A DNA stretch of 64,000 nt from positions 37,016,001-37,080,000 of the forward strand of contig NW_024704743.1 of assembly GCF_018977255.1 (NCBI RefSeq). Reading direction: 5' to 3'. This stretch comes from Callorhinchus milii (taxonomy: Eukaryota). Positions 50,785 to 63,730 of the stretch are shown in pieces; position 1 is the first letter of the stretch; every line of letters begins with the position of its first letter. Both the position numbers and the translations under genes were made by a program. The notes beneath the pieces were generated by a model. It searched no databases. It was not told the origin of the DNA and worked only from the letters and a program-made list of their open reading frames with translations.

Positions 50785-51890
50785 CAACGAACAACAAATT
50801 ACACTTGTATAGCGCCTTTCACGTCAGGAGGACTCCCTAGGCGCAGCTGAACTGGTGGTTGGGATCACGAAGGGTGGAGGATGGGGAGGGTAGCGGTAGG
50901 AGGGTGACCGAAGGTACGGTCGAGGAGAATCTAATCTTGAGATGGTTGTTGAAGGAGGCAAGGGAGGAGCCGAGGCGAGGCAGAGGGACTGGGATGGAGC
51001 TCCAGAGGGTTGGGGGAGAGAGGCTGAAGACCTGCCCGGCAATGATGCGGCGGGCAAGGCGAAGGACGTGAAATAGGCCAGAGCCCGCTGAGCAGACAGA
51101 TTGGTAGGGAGTTAGGAGGTCACAGAGGTAGGAAAGGGCAAGGCCGTGGAGGACTTTGAAGGTGAGGACCAGGATCTTGAACTGTATCCTCTGAGTGATG
51201 AGCCAGTGCAGCTGGACGAGGATGGGAATAATATGGTCATGGAGCTTGGTGCGGGAGAGGAGAATTCTGGATGATCTGCAGCCTCTGGAGAGAGGAGTTG
51301 GGGAGGCCGACAAGCAGGGAGTTTGCATAGTCGAGCCTGGATGTGGTGAACGAGTGTATGAGGGTCTCGATAGCCTGTGGTGAGAGACAGTGGCGGAGCC
51401 GGGCAATATTGTGGAGGTGGGGAAAGATGGAGTGGGGTGCAGAGTGCATCCATGAAGAGTGATGCTGATGGGATATCATATGCATCAAGTATGCTGTCAG
51501 GTATGGAGGTGCTGACAGGAGCCATGCCATGCCTCAATCTTGCTGACATTCAACTGGAGAAAGTTTGCTCTCATCCAGAACTTGATGTCTGACAGGCAGT
51601 CTGTAAGGACAGCTGTGGTCCTGGAGTCGAGGGTGGAGTCAGAGAGATAGAGTTGGGTATTGTCCGTATATATGTGGAAGTTGACCCCATGTCTACGATG
51701 ATATCACCAAGAGGGAGCATGTAAATGTTGAAAAGGAGGGGACCAAGGACAGGGTCCTGAAGGATGCTACACGTGACAGTGTGGGGTACTGGAGGAGAAG
51801 CCGTTAGTGGAGACCCAAAGTGGAGATGGTGGGAGAGATGGGATTGGCACCAAACTAGGGCAGGTCTGTGAAGGTTGAGCTGAGAGGGCA
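50785..51890 (-). mobile_element. L2 fragment, degenerate (RT and C-terminal region)
   Basis: QDPVLGPLLFNIYMLPLGDII and SRLDYANSLLVGLP motifs across frameshifts. Confidence 0.9.
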
Positions 51891-53074
51891 TTGAATAAAA
51901 TGTATTGGTGCTTGTTCCTGAACCTGAAAGGAGTGACATACTAGCTTGGTACTAAATAATGGTGCACCTTTAGTCTGTTCATGAAGGTGTCAGATGAGAT
52001 CATTTTTGCAAGGAGGAAAAATTGACAGAAGATTCACTCCAGTCACAGTTTTTCATTCACTAAGAGCTAATCGAGCATTGATCTTAACCTCCTGAAGACC
52101 TACGTTTCCAATTTTAATCCTAGATTGTGCTAGTTCTTCCACGTTTTTGCTGGAGAGTGCTGAAAACAATCTAGGTGTAAATTAATAAATCATCAATCTT
52201 TGACTGTATAATTAGCCGTTGCTAGGTAGGGCTTTGGAACGTTTAATGGAACTTTGAGACAGAGTTGCTATAATCCTAAAAGGATATTGGATTTCTTTCC
52301 ATTATTGTAATTGGCAAATGTTTGTCTCTTCCGTGCCAGGAATGACATTTTTTAACAAATATGTAATCTGGAATGGAGATGTGATTTTTTTTTCTCTCTC
52401 TCTCTCTCTCTCTCTCTAATATATATATATATATAATGGATCCATATGGTATCCATTATTGTTCATGTCAAAGGCTTATGGGCAAAGAATAATATTGGCT
52501 GCAACGTCTCGAAAACTCCAGCCAGCTGGACTTTCTGCTTATGTAATTAAGGTTTATAAATAATCCCTGTGTTTGATGTAGTGCCTCTAACATTGAAACG
52601 TCTCAAGGGAATTAAAGGGAATCGTTGTCAAGCGTATTTGTAGGGAAATGTGGCAGTATTTTTGCACACTCTGGGATGCTACCCCATGTGAAGGGCGCTA
52701 TATAAATGCAAGTTGTTGATGTTGTTCTACAAGCAGCCATAAATTATAAATTTGCTGTAGGATTCTTGGTCATGAGAAAATCTCGTTTCAATTTGAGTCA
52801 TGGGATTTTTAACTCCACCAGCAACTGGGCACTCAGTTTAATATCCAACGGACAAATAAAGAACAGTCTATCTTGATGTGTTCCAGGAACTCACAACATT
52901 GTGACTTAGAGGTGAGTGTTTTGAGTCAAGCTGACACGTGGTAACATCCATAGTGGTGTGTTTTCAGATGAGACGTGCGATATTATCAGCAAGTGTCATG
53001 AACCCTGATTTATTTTATTTTATTGTGTACTGTTTATAGTGCCTCTGTTTGTTAGGAAGCTATCTCACATGAAA

Positions 53075-53900
53075 TCCAAAGCTGTCCTTTCTCCCTCACA
53101 TCCGCACTACAACTGGCACCGCCTTCCATCACCTTCGGAACATCGCCAGACTACGGCATTACCTCACCCCTCACGCTGCTGAAACCCTGGTCCACGCCTT
53201 TGTCACCTCAAGGCTGGACTATGGGAACTCTCTCCTCGCCGGCCTTCCCGCCACCTCCCTCCACAAGCTGCAGGTCATTCAGAACTCTGCAGCTCGTGTA
53301 CTGTCCCGCACCAGGCTTCGGGACCACATCACTCCCACCCTCGCTCGCCTCCACTGGCTCCCCATCCCCAGAGGATTGATTTCAAGATCCTCATCCTCAC
53401 CTACAAGGCCATTCACGGCCTTGCTCCCTCCTACCTCTCCAACCTACGATCCCCCTACCTACCTGCCCGTACCCTGCGTTCCTCTGGCTCCGGTCTGCTC
53501 CACGTCCCCCGCCCCAACCGCCCTACCATCGGTGGTCGGGCCTTCAACCTCTCAGCCCCGAGGCTCTGGAACTCCATCCCCCAGTGCCTTCGCCGCTTCC
53601 TCCCTTTCCTCCTTCAAGGCCGGTCTCAAAACCTTTCTCTTTGACCGTGCCTTCAGCTCCCCTCTCAACTCCCTTCCCATCCTCGCTCCCTTCCTTCCCT
53701 CCCCTCACCCTGACCATTTCCCCCCTCCTCGCTCCCTTCCTTCCCTCCCTCACCCTGACCATTTCCCCCCTCCTTGCTCCCTCCCTTCCCTCACCCTGAC
53801 CATTTCCCCCCTGCTCGGGTCATGACCCAACTGTGCAGCGCCTTGGGACGTCCTCCTGACGTGAAAGGCGCTTTATAAATGGAATCTTCTTGTTGTTGTT
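53075..53900 (+). mobile_element. L2 (LINE2) 3' fragment, young
   Basis: Encodes HLRNIARLRHYLTPHAAETLVHAFVTSRLDYGNSLLAGLP...HITPTLARLHWLPI...FKILILTYKA (L2 ORF2 C-terminus); pyrimidine-rich 3' UTR; (TTG)n tail. Confidence 0.92.
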
Positions 53901-54059
53901 GATAAACTGTAAAGTGAATTGACTGTGTTATTTTAAAGGCAAATGTCCCACCAACAACCAGGAACTGAATGACCAATTTAACTGGAGGAGACTTGGCTCA
54001 GAACAAATATCCTTCTCTTTTCAAATGGTACCATGGGTTCAGCCCACCTGAAACAGGCA

Positions 54060-54412
54060 TAATAATATAATAATCCTTGCATTCGATATAGCGCCTTACC
54101 ACGTCTTCGAGATGTCTCAAAGTGCTTCACATAATATACTGTAAAGTGAATTTACTGTGTAATTTGTAGGCGCAACACGACAGCCAATTGCACACAGCAG
54201 TGTCCCACAAACAGTCCTGGATTGAATGACCTAATTTTTTTTAATGGGTTATCCCCAGAAAAGCAATCCAATAATCGGCTAGCAACCGGGTTCCTACTTA
54301 CTGATAGATAGACAGAGGCGTGTGGAGTAAGGAAACTTGCCTAACATTTCACCCTACCTGGGAATCAAACCCAGGTCCTCTCACTTGCGAGGCGAGTACT
54401 CTAACCACTGAG
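54060..54412 (-). mobile_element. tRNA-derived SINE, longer subfamily
   Basis: Tail, body and head recognisable. Confidence 0.85.
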
Positions 54413-56499
54413 CAGCACACTTCCACAAGACAGGTGGGACCTCGGTTTAACATCTCATCCAACGAATGACAATGCCTACAATATAACAGTTCTCCAACAT
54501 TGCACTGAAAAATCAGCTGATGGACTGTGAAATCCATGTATCCAAAGTAGGACCCACAACCATTCTATCCCAGAGGTGAAAGTGCTAGCACCGAGCCAAG
54601 GTGATACACTATCTTTTATTTGTATATTGTATTGCGGCAAAATCAGTTTGCTGATGCTCAAAGGGAGTTGCCCCTACTTATTCCATGTCCGGTGTTCAGC
54701 CTGTGACATCTTACTTTCATACCACTAATGAGTACAACAGAATGTGCTGCTATTTAAATTTAGAGCAACTTTGAATCCTAACCATTCATCCATGTGCTGG
54801 AGAAAATGCCCTGTCTTGGCTTCTTCAATGGCTTTGTGGGCAAAGATTGCACCATTGTACCACTAAGCCGTACTGACCAGAAAGTTTCAGGCTCTGTTCC
54901 TGATCTGTTCTGAATTAGCTGATCACAGATAGGATGCCAGCAACATTTGGCTTCAGGGAACTTTGTGAGGAGAAAATCAGCCAGGGTTTCCTGATTCTAA
55001 TTCAATAATGACCTAAGCTGGAAAGTGTATATGGGTGCGGATGTTGGATGGGAACCATCAAGCAAGCTGTGATTCTGCCACAGTGAAATAGATTGACTGG
55101 TCTCACTAAGTTCACACATGGAAAAAAACATGTGGATGAGATACTGAAAGGCTGGAGAAGCTCGAACAAAAATAAAATGGTAATTACAACTTACCATTAC
55201 AAAACATGTTATTTGTCTAGCTAGGGTTGCCTGATATATCAGAGCATTGGTTGCAAGACTCAGGGCACTACCCAAATCCGATGAGCAACACATGCTTATC
55301 AACTGTTATAAATTGCTTGTATTCCTGGTGTTACTGGGAACCTATATGTCTTCATGAGACAAGTATCCTCAGGCAACCATGTTAACCACAGGGATAAATT
55401 GCCTGTTAACCACAGTGATAAGTTGCTCCCTTGACAGGGATCGCTCTTGCAATACAATACAATTTACATTTATACAACGCCTTTCACCTCAGGAGGGAAG
55501 ACAGCTTCAAAGTGCTTTGCACTGCTGGCTGGGCACCCAAGCTGGGAGTCGGAGCCAGGGTGGGAGAAGGGGAAAGATGACTGAAAGCATATTCAAAGAG
55601 CTACATCTTTGTCGGGTCCTTGAACGAGGTGAGGGAGTGTGTGAGTCAAGGAGCTCCAGGATACAGTTCCAGAGAGTGGGGGCAGAATTGCTGAGAAACA
55701 GCCCACCAATGGTGGGGCAAATAGGATGGGCGACATGAAGCAAGCTGGTGCTCACTGAACAAAGGGAACGCTGGGGTGGTAGGGTTGAAGAGGGTGCAGA
55801 GGTATGGTGGGGCGAGACAGTGGGAGATTATTTGAAAGTCAGAACAAGGATCTTGAATTTGATCAGCTGGGTTGAGGCGCCAATGGAGCTGAGCAGCCTT
55901 ACCTCCCTCCTTTTCCTCCTCCTATCACCAGGACACAAATCAAAGTAGACCATGTGGCATTAAAACAACATTTGTTTTGGAATGCTTGTTCTAGATGTAC
56001 AGGGTTAATGTCAGGATAGTACTGCACTGCAGCTTTGCTGACCACGGGTGCTGAAGAATACACAGTGCTAAAAGTGAACAGCTAGTTAGATGGAGAATTG
56101 GAAGTAAAAAGAGTTGTGAGTAAATGGTGCCTGCCACTGCTATTCTTAACTCTGTCCGTCATTTAATTCCCCATCCAACACAGGCCTGTCATGGAGGTTA
56201 TACAACCCAGAGGTTTGCAGGATGGTATTTCCAATCAAAGCAAACTTCTAGTGTGTTGATTTTGCTATTTTTAAAGAGGGAAGGGGTTGTTTTGGCAGTC
56301 ACATGGAACATAGAAAGGAGGCCATCCATCCCATCGGGTCTGTGCCACATTCACCAGCTTGTTCAGATAATAAAAATCACTGTGCACTTTGAATCCCTCC
56401 ATGCGCAAAGCAGGGATTTGACACTCGCTAATAGTGGAGTCATTCAAGCACACAGTCAAGGCAAATGGCACAAAATCAGATTCTTGGAAACAAAATTAG

Positions 56500-57210
56500 A
56501 ACAATTGGTCCACAGCGGTGTCCCACAAACAGTGATGGATTGAGTGACCAAATTATTATTTTTTTGGAAGGGATTATTATCCCCGGAAAAGCAATCCGCT
56601 AATCGACTAATAACCGGGTTCCTACTTATTACTAGGTAAACAGAAGCGTGTCGAGTAAGGAAACTTGCCTAACGTTTTGTCCTGCCTGGGAATCAAATCC
56701 AGGTCCTCTTACTTGCAAGCTGAGTACTCTAACTAATACGCTGCAGGAAGCTGACCTCAAACTTAAGACGGAATTCAACAAGCTGTCTGAAATGCATGCC
56801 ACCTAAACAGAGTAAATCTAGATCCAGGTGAAATTTCTCTCTTCAAATGCACTCAATAATGTTTTAGAAATTCAATAATGTGTTGCTCAGGATATTGAAT
56901 GTGAGCCCAGTTAATAATAATAATAATAATCCTTGCATTTGATATAGCGCTTTTCACGTCGGGAGGACATCCCAAAGCGCTTCACAGCGCTTCACTGTAA
57001 AGTGAATTGACTGTATATTTGTGGGCGAACGCGGCAGCCAATTGCACACAGCAATGTCCCACAAACAGTCGTAGATTGAAAATGACCAATTTTTTTTTTT
57101 TGGAGGGATTAGGCGTGTGGAGTAAGGAAACTTGCCCAAGGTTTCGCCCTGTCTGGAATTGAACTCAGGTCTCTCACTTGCAAAGCGAGTGCTCTAACCA
57201 CTGAGCTACA
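56500..57210 (-). mobile_element. Two tRNA-derived SINE copies (about 56500-56748 and 56913-57210)
   Basis: Family head and body sequence; (TAA)n at the tail of the second copy. Confidence 0.85.
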
Positions 57211-58611
57211 CACAAGACACACAAGAGGCAAAGCCTTTAAGTACAAATCAACATCAGGATATTCCGAGGAAAGGGGACTGCAGATTTCTCAAATATTCTT
57301 TAATAAGACCTGGGTACTAACTCTACAGGAACATATAGGACTGCAACAAACTCCTCTTAAATTTTACACAACATCCTATCTCTTACAACTAGTAACTCAA
57401 GCAGATGGAAGTAACATAAAGTTTTATTTTTTGTTGGGCATTTGATCACTCTTGTTACATAAACATTGTTATATAAAGGCTTCTGCCACATTTCCTCTGG
57501 ATAAAGGCCAGTAAAACAAGATGTGAAGTGCAGCTGCAGACTGCTGGCCTGCTGTTCCACTCAGATGTTTGAATGCTCTTGCATGCAGGCCACAGCTGCC
57601 TCCTATTAGCTGTAGTCTCATACCATTCACCTCATCACATTAGTGTTGGAACTGAGAAGAATTCCAAATATGAAGATTTTTCAGCTCAGGTCAATGTGGC
57701 CTCGGGATCACTGGTGAGTGGGGCGTGGGGAAGGGGGGAATTCTTTTTGGTTGATTTAACAACATCTCCACACACCTTTCCGAGGTGTAACGTTTGCCCA
57801 GCACCAATAGGACATTTTGAGGCACTCCAAATCAGTGCCCGCCTCAATCTTCAGACAAAAGATAGAACTGTAGAGAACGCACTTGTTTACGATGAAAGTT
57901 ATAATAATCCTTGCTCTTGAGGTACTCTCATGGCTACAATGTCAATAATATTGACCGTAAGTGCACTGTACAAAATTAAACCAGGTCCACTGAGTTGAAG
58001 AGGCTCGTTGCCTAGAATTGCTTAGCAAGTCACTGAATGTGACTCTGTCTAACTCACACTTTGCATTATTCTTTAACAAACCAGCGTGTTACTCTCCTAG
58101 TTACTATCTCCAACACAAAATTGTTACTCGCCCTATTACTGTGTCTCTCTAACACTGCAGTATGTGACTCTGTTACTGTGTCTCTCTAACACTACGGTGA
58201 GTTAGTTTCCTTTCACTTGTATCTTCTTGCCTCCAGCACTGAAACCAAAATTACAGATAATCAACTTTCGGGATAAAACAAATCTAAAATTAAATGTTAA
58301 AAACAGAAAATAAAATGCATGTTTGAAAAATGTGTCTGGGACGGTTAATCATGTACAACCCTGCTCAGTGTTATGGTTTCAATCTAAAGACGATTACACA
58401 GGAACAGATAGTTTGAGGGTGTTGTTTCCTCTCTGGCCCTGGTTGTGAGGGTGGATCTGGTGTGCGCTGGGGATCTGGAGACTTGGAATCTTTCCTCTTT
58501 GGATGGAGTGTCTGGACGTCAGGTTTTCATTACTGCGTATTCCAGCTTCACAACGAGCACAGGATAAATCTAAGCAGTAGCTCTCCTGGACTCTCCACTG
58601 TCTCGCACACC

Positions 58612-58717
58612 ATGGAGCTGAGAGGGACATTGTTTGCAGTCTGCGTGCTGTGTCTGCTACACATTACCTACCAGCAGAAGAAAGTTCCAGCCAAGAAGAA
58701 TAACCAGGCAAAGAAAG
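58612..58717 (+). CDS. CLEC3B: Tetranectin exon 1 (signal peptide + Lys-rich segment)
   Basis: Kozak CACCATGG; MELRGTLFAVCVLCLLHITYQQKKVPAKKNNQAKK; phase-1 donor GTAAAC. Confidence 0.88.
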
Positions 58718-60470
58718 GTAAACAGGTTCTTGCTTTTTACTTGCCCTGATGCGTCCGTATGTAAAAATATCAAGTAGAATCCTCCCAAATCTTGAAGAAC
58801 CTGGGGTCAAAATGGCTATTTACACAGCTGTGTCTGTACAGGATTTGCATATATTGGATCCTACCAGAAATCAGTCACAGCGATCCATAGGAACTCTGCT
58901 CTGACCTCGTCTCCTCCGGTTGCAAGTCTATAATAAAGTAATAATAATAAACTGTACATTTGATATAACACCTTTCACGTTGAGAGAACATCTCAAAGTG
59001 ATTTCCAGGATTTTATTGCAAAGTGTAGTGACTTTTGTAGGCGGACAGGACAGCCAATTTGCGCACACCAACGTCTCACAAACAGCCATGAAGTAAATGA
59101 CATAGTTTATTTGGGGGATTGTTGGCCAGGACACAGGGAGAAACTCCTTTCTCTTTTCAATGGAGGGCTCCTCCTGCACTATATTATAGAGTGTCAGTCT
59201 GGTCCGTGAGTTCAAAGTCCAACGTGGAGCTTGAGTCCACATCCTAAAGACTCAGAGGCAAGAGTGCTACAAATTTAGCCAGGCTCTAAATTTTGCATCT
59301 TTAATCCATGTTTCCCCCTTCCCTCCCCCTCCCCACATAAGGTTTCTTCTTTTTGTCGCTGTGCTGTGACTGTTTATGGAGTATTCAGGTAGATGAATTA
59401 TTTGATAAGAACAGGATTGGGCTGCGCTTTGATGTTTCATCCCCTCCACCCATGGTTGAATAACCTGTCAGTATTCGCTGTCTCGGCTCATGCATGAATT
59501 TTCTTTGGTCAGCCGGGTATCTGACTTCCAGAAACCCATAACCTTGCTTAAGAGTATCCAAACCAGACTGAGAGGTCCGTCCATCCAATTGGAATGGAAT
59601 GCTCTCTCTCTCCCTCTCCGGAGGGATGTGACAAGCAATTATGTGGGTGAGATCCCAGAGGGCTGCCAGGAGCCTGCTGAACCGTACTGGAGGGGGAGTC
59701 AGTGATAGCAGGAGGAGAAAAATAATTCCTGTGGATGGATTGTTTCAAACAGAAACAATGTGCTGAAAGCTCTGGGTTAAAATGTACACCATCATCGAGT
59801 ATTCCATCTGTGCTGCCGGGTACCCCTCACTGTGGAGTTAATGGGCAAGATACTGTATTATATTCACTATTTCAAGCTGCTTATTTGCTAAACAGCTCAT
59901 TTTTGGCTGGGGAGAGTATAAATTCTGTCAGCGGATCAACCCTAATAAAACAATATTAAATGAATATTATTGTAAGCTGCTTTTGTCCCTACAATTCATA
60001 ATTATGTCTATGTTCACTTCAATAATAATGAAAGATGGGGAGTGGGGTGGAGGGGAATGGGCGCAATCTGATCTGAAGAGGAAACGTCCACTGGCTGGAG
60101 AGTGCTGTTGCTGTCACCTTGTGGTGGTTTATGTCAGTGTAAAATAACACAAGGAATGTTTTACATTGCAATCTTCACCCCAGGATTAGTAACAAATTTA
60201 AAACTACCTGGAGGGAAATAAACACAGTGTATTTAGTGTAGAAGCCAGTGTGTGCTCCAGAATGAAACTAAAATTAAATTGAAATGAAATGGAAAATCTC
60301 CCAAAAAGGTGAAATGTTTCCTCAATTCATGACATCTTCCAACAATACGATCTTCGTAGTGTGTAATTTAGCGAAATCTTACATGTGATTTCTGGTTGAC
60401 TGATGTTGAGCTCAGAGCGTAGCTGTATTTTGTGATTTGTTGGTAATTTATTTTTTTACTTGTCACATAG

Positions 60471-60569
60471 CAGCAGTGACTCCCAGAGTGATCGAAGAGA
60501 TCAAGAAACAGATTGAATCAATCTTATTGGATCTGGATTCACTGAAGGAACAACAAGCACTGCAAACAG
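60471..60569 (+). CDS. CLEC3B: Tetranectin exon 2 (trimerising coiled coil)
   Basis: AAVTPRVIEEIKKQIESILLDLDSLKEQQALQT, 99 nt, hallmark LKEQQALQTVC; donor GTAAGA. Confidence 0.93.
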
Positions 60570-60689
60570 GTAAGAGGAGGGGTATTGAACAACAACAATA
60601 AATTGCATTAATATAGCACATTTCACATTTGGAGGAGGTCCCTAGGCTCCAGGACAACACTTTAAGATATACCAAAGCTGCAGGACAGC

Positions 60690-61295
60690 AACAACAACAA
60701 CACAATTACATTATATAGCACCTTTCATGTCGGGAGAACGTCCCAAGGCACTGGACAGACAGAGTTACGGACCCGAGCTGAGGTTCGGGGTGGGGGAGGG
60801 TGGAGGACAGGAGGGAAGCAGGGAGATCGAAAGCACGGTCGAAGAGGAGGGTCTTGAAAGTGGCGAGGGAGGGGGCGAGACGGAGAGATTACAAGATGGA
60901 GTTCTAGAGGGTGAGTGCAGAGTGGCCGAAGGCCCACCCGCCGATAGTGGGGCAAGCAAAGCAGGGGATGTGAAGCAGGCCGGAGCTCACTGAGCGGAGG
61001 AAACGAACAGGATGGTAGAGGGTTAAGAGGTCAGAGAGGTAGGGGGGAGAAAGACCATGGAGGGCTTTGAAGGTGAGGACCAGGATCTTGAACTGTATCC
61101 TCTGTGTGATGGGAAGCCAGTGGAGTTGGGCAAGGATGGGGGTGATAGGGTCGTGGATCCTAGTGCAGGAGAGGATACGGGCTGCAGAGTTCTGGATGAT
61201 CTGCAGCCTGTGGAGGGAGGAGTTGGGGAGGCCGACAAGCAGTGTGTTTGCATAGTCGAGCCTTGATGTAATGAAGGCGTGTATAAGGGTTTTGG
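60690..61295 (-). mobile_element. L2 3' fragment
   Basis: TLIHAFITSRLDYANTLLVGLP...LHWLPITQRIQFKIL. Confidence 0.9.
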
Positions 61296-61607
61296 TGTGA
61301 CCTCTTGTCCTGCAGCCTTGGTATATCTTAAAGTTGCGAATGGCAACCAGGAAGCAATTCTTTAGACAACAGCTGGAATAGGTTCCAAGGAAAAGTGGAG
61401 CAGGCCAGGGTTGGCAGAGCAGAGAGAGTGGGTGGGACAAGAGGATCCCAGGAGATCACAGTGGTGGATGGGACAAGGGCGTGAGGACATTTGAAAATCA
61501 TTGCAAGGAAATTATGATGGTGCCAAGGAGTACTGAGGGCTGAACAGCGGGGTAGGAGGAGATTAGAGCAATAGGGAGGGTGTTAAGGTTTACAGAGATT
61601 TATAGAT

Positions 61608-62060
61608 GATAATAATAATAATCCTTGCATTTGATAGCACCTTATCACATAATTGAAACATCTCAAAGCACTTCACAGAATATCCTGCAAAGTGAACTGA
61701 CTGCATATTTTGTGGGGGAAATGTGATGGTGAGGACCTGGAAGTCCAAATGCAGCTTTTTTTATAGTCTCTATACACTTACAGCTTGGTTAATAATAATA
61801 ATAATAATCCTTACATTTGATATAGCGCTTTATCACGTTGTTGAGACATCTCAAAGAGCTTCACAAAATATATTGGAAAGTGGATTGACTGTATATTTTG
61901 TTTGCGAAACGTTCCAACCAATTGTGTACAACAGTGTCCCTCAAACAGTCATGGATTGAGTGACCAAATATATTTTTAACGAGGATTTATTACCCCCAGA
62001 AAATGATCCACCAATCGACTGACAACCAAGTTCCTACTTAATGTTAGGTAAACAGAAGCT
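61608..62060 (-). mobile_element. Two 5'-truncated SINE copies upstream of CLEC3B exon 3
   Basis: ATAATAATCCTTGCATTTGATA tails at 61610 and 61790. Confidence 0.8.
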
Positions 62061-62128
62061 GCAAGCTACAGCAAAGTTGATCACCACGGTATCTCAAAGT
62101 ACTTTCATCCACTTTGCTTTTTCCTCAG

Positions 62129-62529
62129 TGTGCCTGCGGGGGTTCAAGATCCTCAGGAAATGCTTCCTGGTGTTCAGTGGGGAAAAGAACTACCACGAGG
62201 CAAGCGAAGACTGCATGTTGCATGGAGGGCTCCTCAGCACCCCACGGAATGGGGAGGAAAATGACCAGCTGTACGAATACGCCAAGAATACCGTGGGCCC
62301 CAACCTGGACATCTGGCTTGGCGTGACCGACATGGTGACCGAAGGCAAGTGGCTGGATCTGAATGGCAACAACATCACCTTCACCAACTGGGAGACAGAG
62401 ATTACCTTGCAGCCCGATGGGGCCAGCAGAGAGAACTGTGTGCTGCTCTCAGGCCAGGCCAACGGCAAGTGGTTTGATGAGTCGTGTCGCTCTGCTAAAC
62501 ACTTCATTTGTGAATACAACATTCCGTAA
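62129..62529 (+). CDS. CLEC3B: Tetranectin exon 3 (C-type lectin domain)
   Basis: VCLRG...IWLGVTDM...NWETEITLQPD...ENC...GKWFD...ICEYNIP*; 6 Cys. The WETEIT segment and position next to EXOSC7 favour CLEC3B over CLEC3A. Total 606 nt = 201 aa. Confidence 0.93.
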
Positions 62530-62763
62530 ATATGCCACAACATGAAAAACACCATAAAGATTACACAAGTATAATCTAACTGGATTAGTTATGCTATCGA
62601 TGCTTTACTGGTTTGTTCCTTCAGAACAGACATCTTGTTGCAAATGGTGGAGATATGAAAGCACAGAACCATTGAGAACTGTAGAACCATAGAAACTTAT
62701 AGCACAGAAGACTACCATTCGGCCCATCGTATAAATATGATTCGCTTTCTTTGGAGGGTGAAG

Positions 62764-62769
62764 AATAAA
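62764..62769 (+). terminator. Candidate polyadenylation signal of CLEC3B
   Basis: First AATAAA after the stop codon. Confidence 0.5.
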
Positions 62770-63469
62770 TACCTTTAAAATTTATATTGGGATTCAGAAA
62801 CTCCGATGTTTACAATTAATAGAAAAACAACCTGAGTTAGGAACAGTCACAAGATCAGACGAGAGGTTTAGATGAAGAAGATCCATTTGAGATCATTTGA
62901 TCTCATCCTTCCATAAAACAAACCTACCCACCATCTTCCCATCAAAGTATTAAGCTTTATTTTGAAAATGTGTTGGTACCATAACTCTGCAGAAAAGGTG
63001 ACAGAGGCTCAGGCTGGATTGCAGGGGGAAGGAGTGAGGAGTAGGTGTCGGTGTGAGAAACACAGCGCTGTTATGTGTTTGATGACTTCTTTGTCACATA
63101 ATGCACGGCAGGAGGTGGGTGTCTGTTTTATAAACCTTAACCCCAACCAGCACAAAGGGTATAACAAGCAGCACAGAATGTAATAAAAACCTGGTAGACA
63201 ATGCACTTCCTACATTAACTTTCATATCTTCACCAATTAGAACAGGGTGTCCTTATTAACATTATATTATGCATAGCTCTAATTTGAATACCTTTCCATA
63301 AACTGCTGTATTTTCCTTTGTGAGGATATGAATCCCTCTTTCCCTCCCCCTCTCCCTGATCTCCCCAGAGCTTGTCTGATCAGTAGCTGACATGTGGGTG
63401 AGTGCCCTGTTCTGGGTGTCTGCCAGTGCCACCTGGTATAACAAGCTCTGGCACTTCAGCCAAGAATAA

Positions 63470-63730
63470 GTTCCCCTCTGGTTACTCCTCCCCAACTGGT
63501 TACCCCTCCCCAACTAGTTACCCCTCCCCACTGGTTACTCCTCCCCACTGGTCACTCCTCCCCCACTGGTCACTCCTCCCCCACTGTTTGCTCCTCCCCA
63601 CTGTTTGCTCCTCCCCACTGTTTGCTCCTCCCCCACTGGTTACTCCTCCCCCACTGGTTACTCCTCCCCTGCACTGGTTGCTCTTTCCCCACTGTTTGCT
63701 CCTCTCCCCTCTGGTTGCCCCTCCCCCACA
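63470..63730 (+). repeat. Minisatellite, about 19-21 bp unit (ACTGGTTACTCCTCCCC-like), about 13 copies
   Basis: Directly visible tandem units with variants GGTTAC/GGTCAC/GTTTGC. Confidence 0.92.

Noticed and set aside
62041..62128. N-terminal part of the 162-aa lectin ORF
   Set aside because: Intronic and partly SINE-derived; the real exon starts at the acceptor before 62129.
63470..63730. CRISPR-like array or Pro-rich ORFs
   Set aside because: Contiguous tandem units without unique spacers, vertebrate context, no cas genes; the ORFs come from low complexity.
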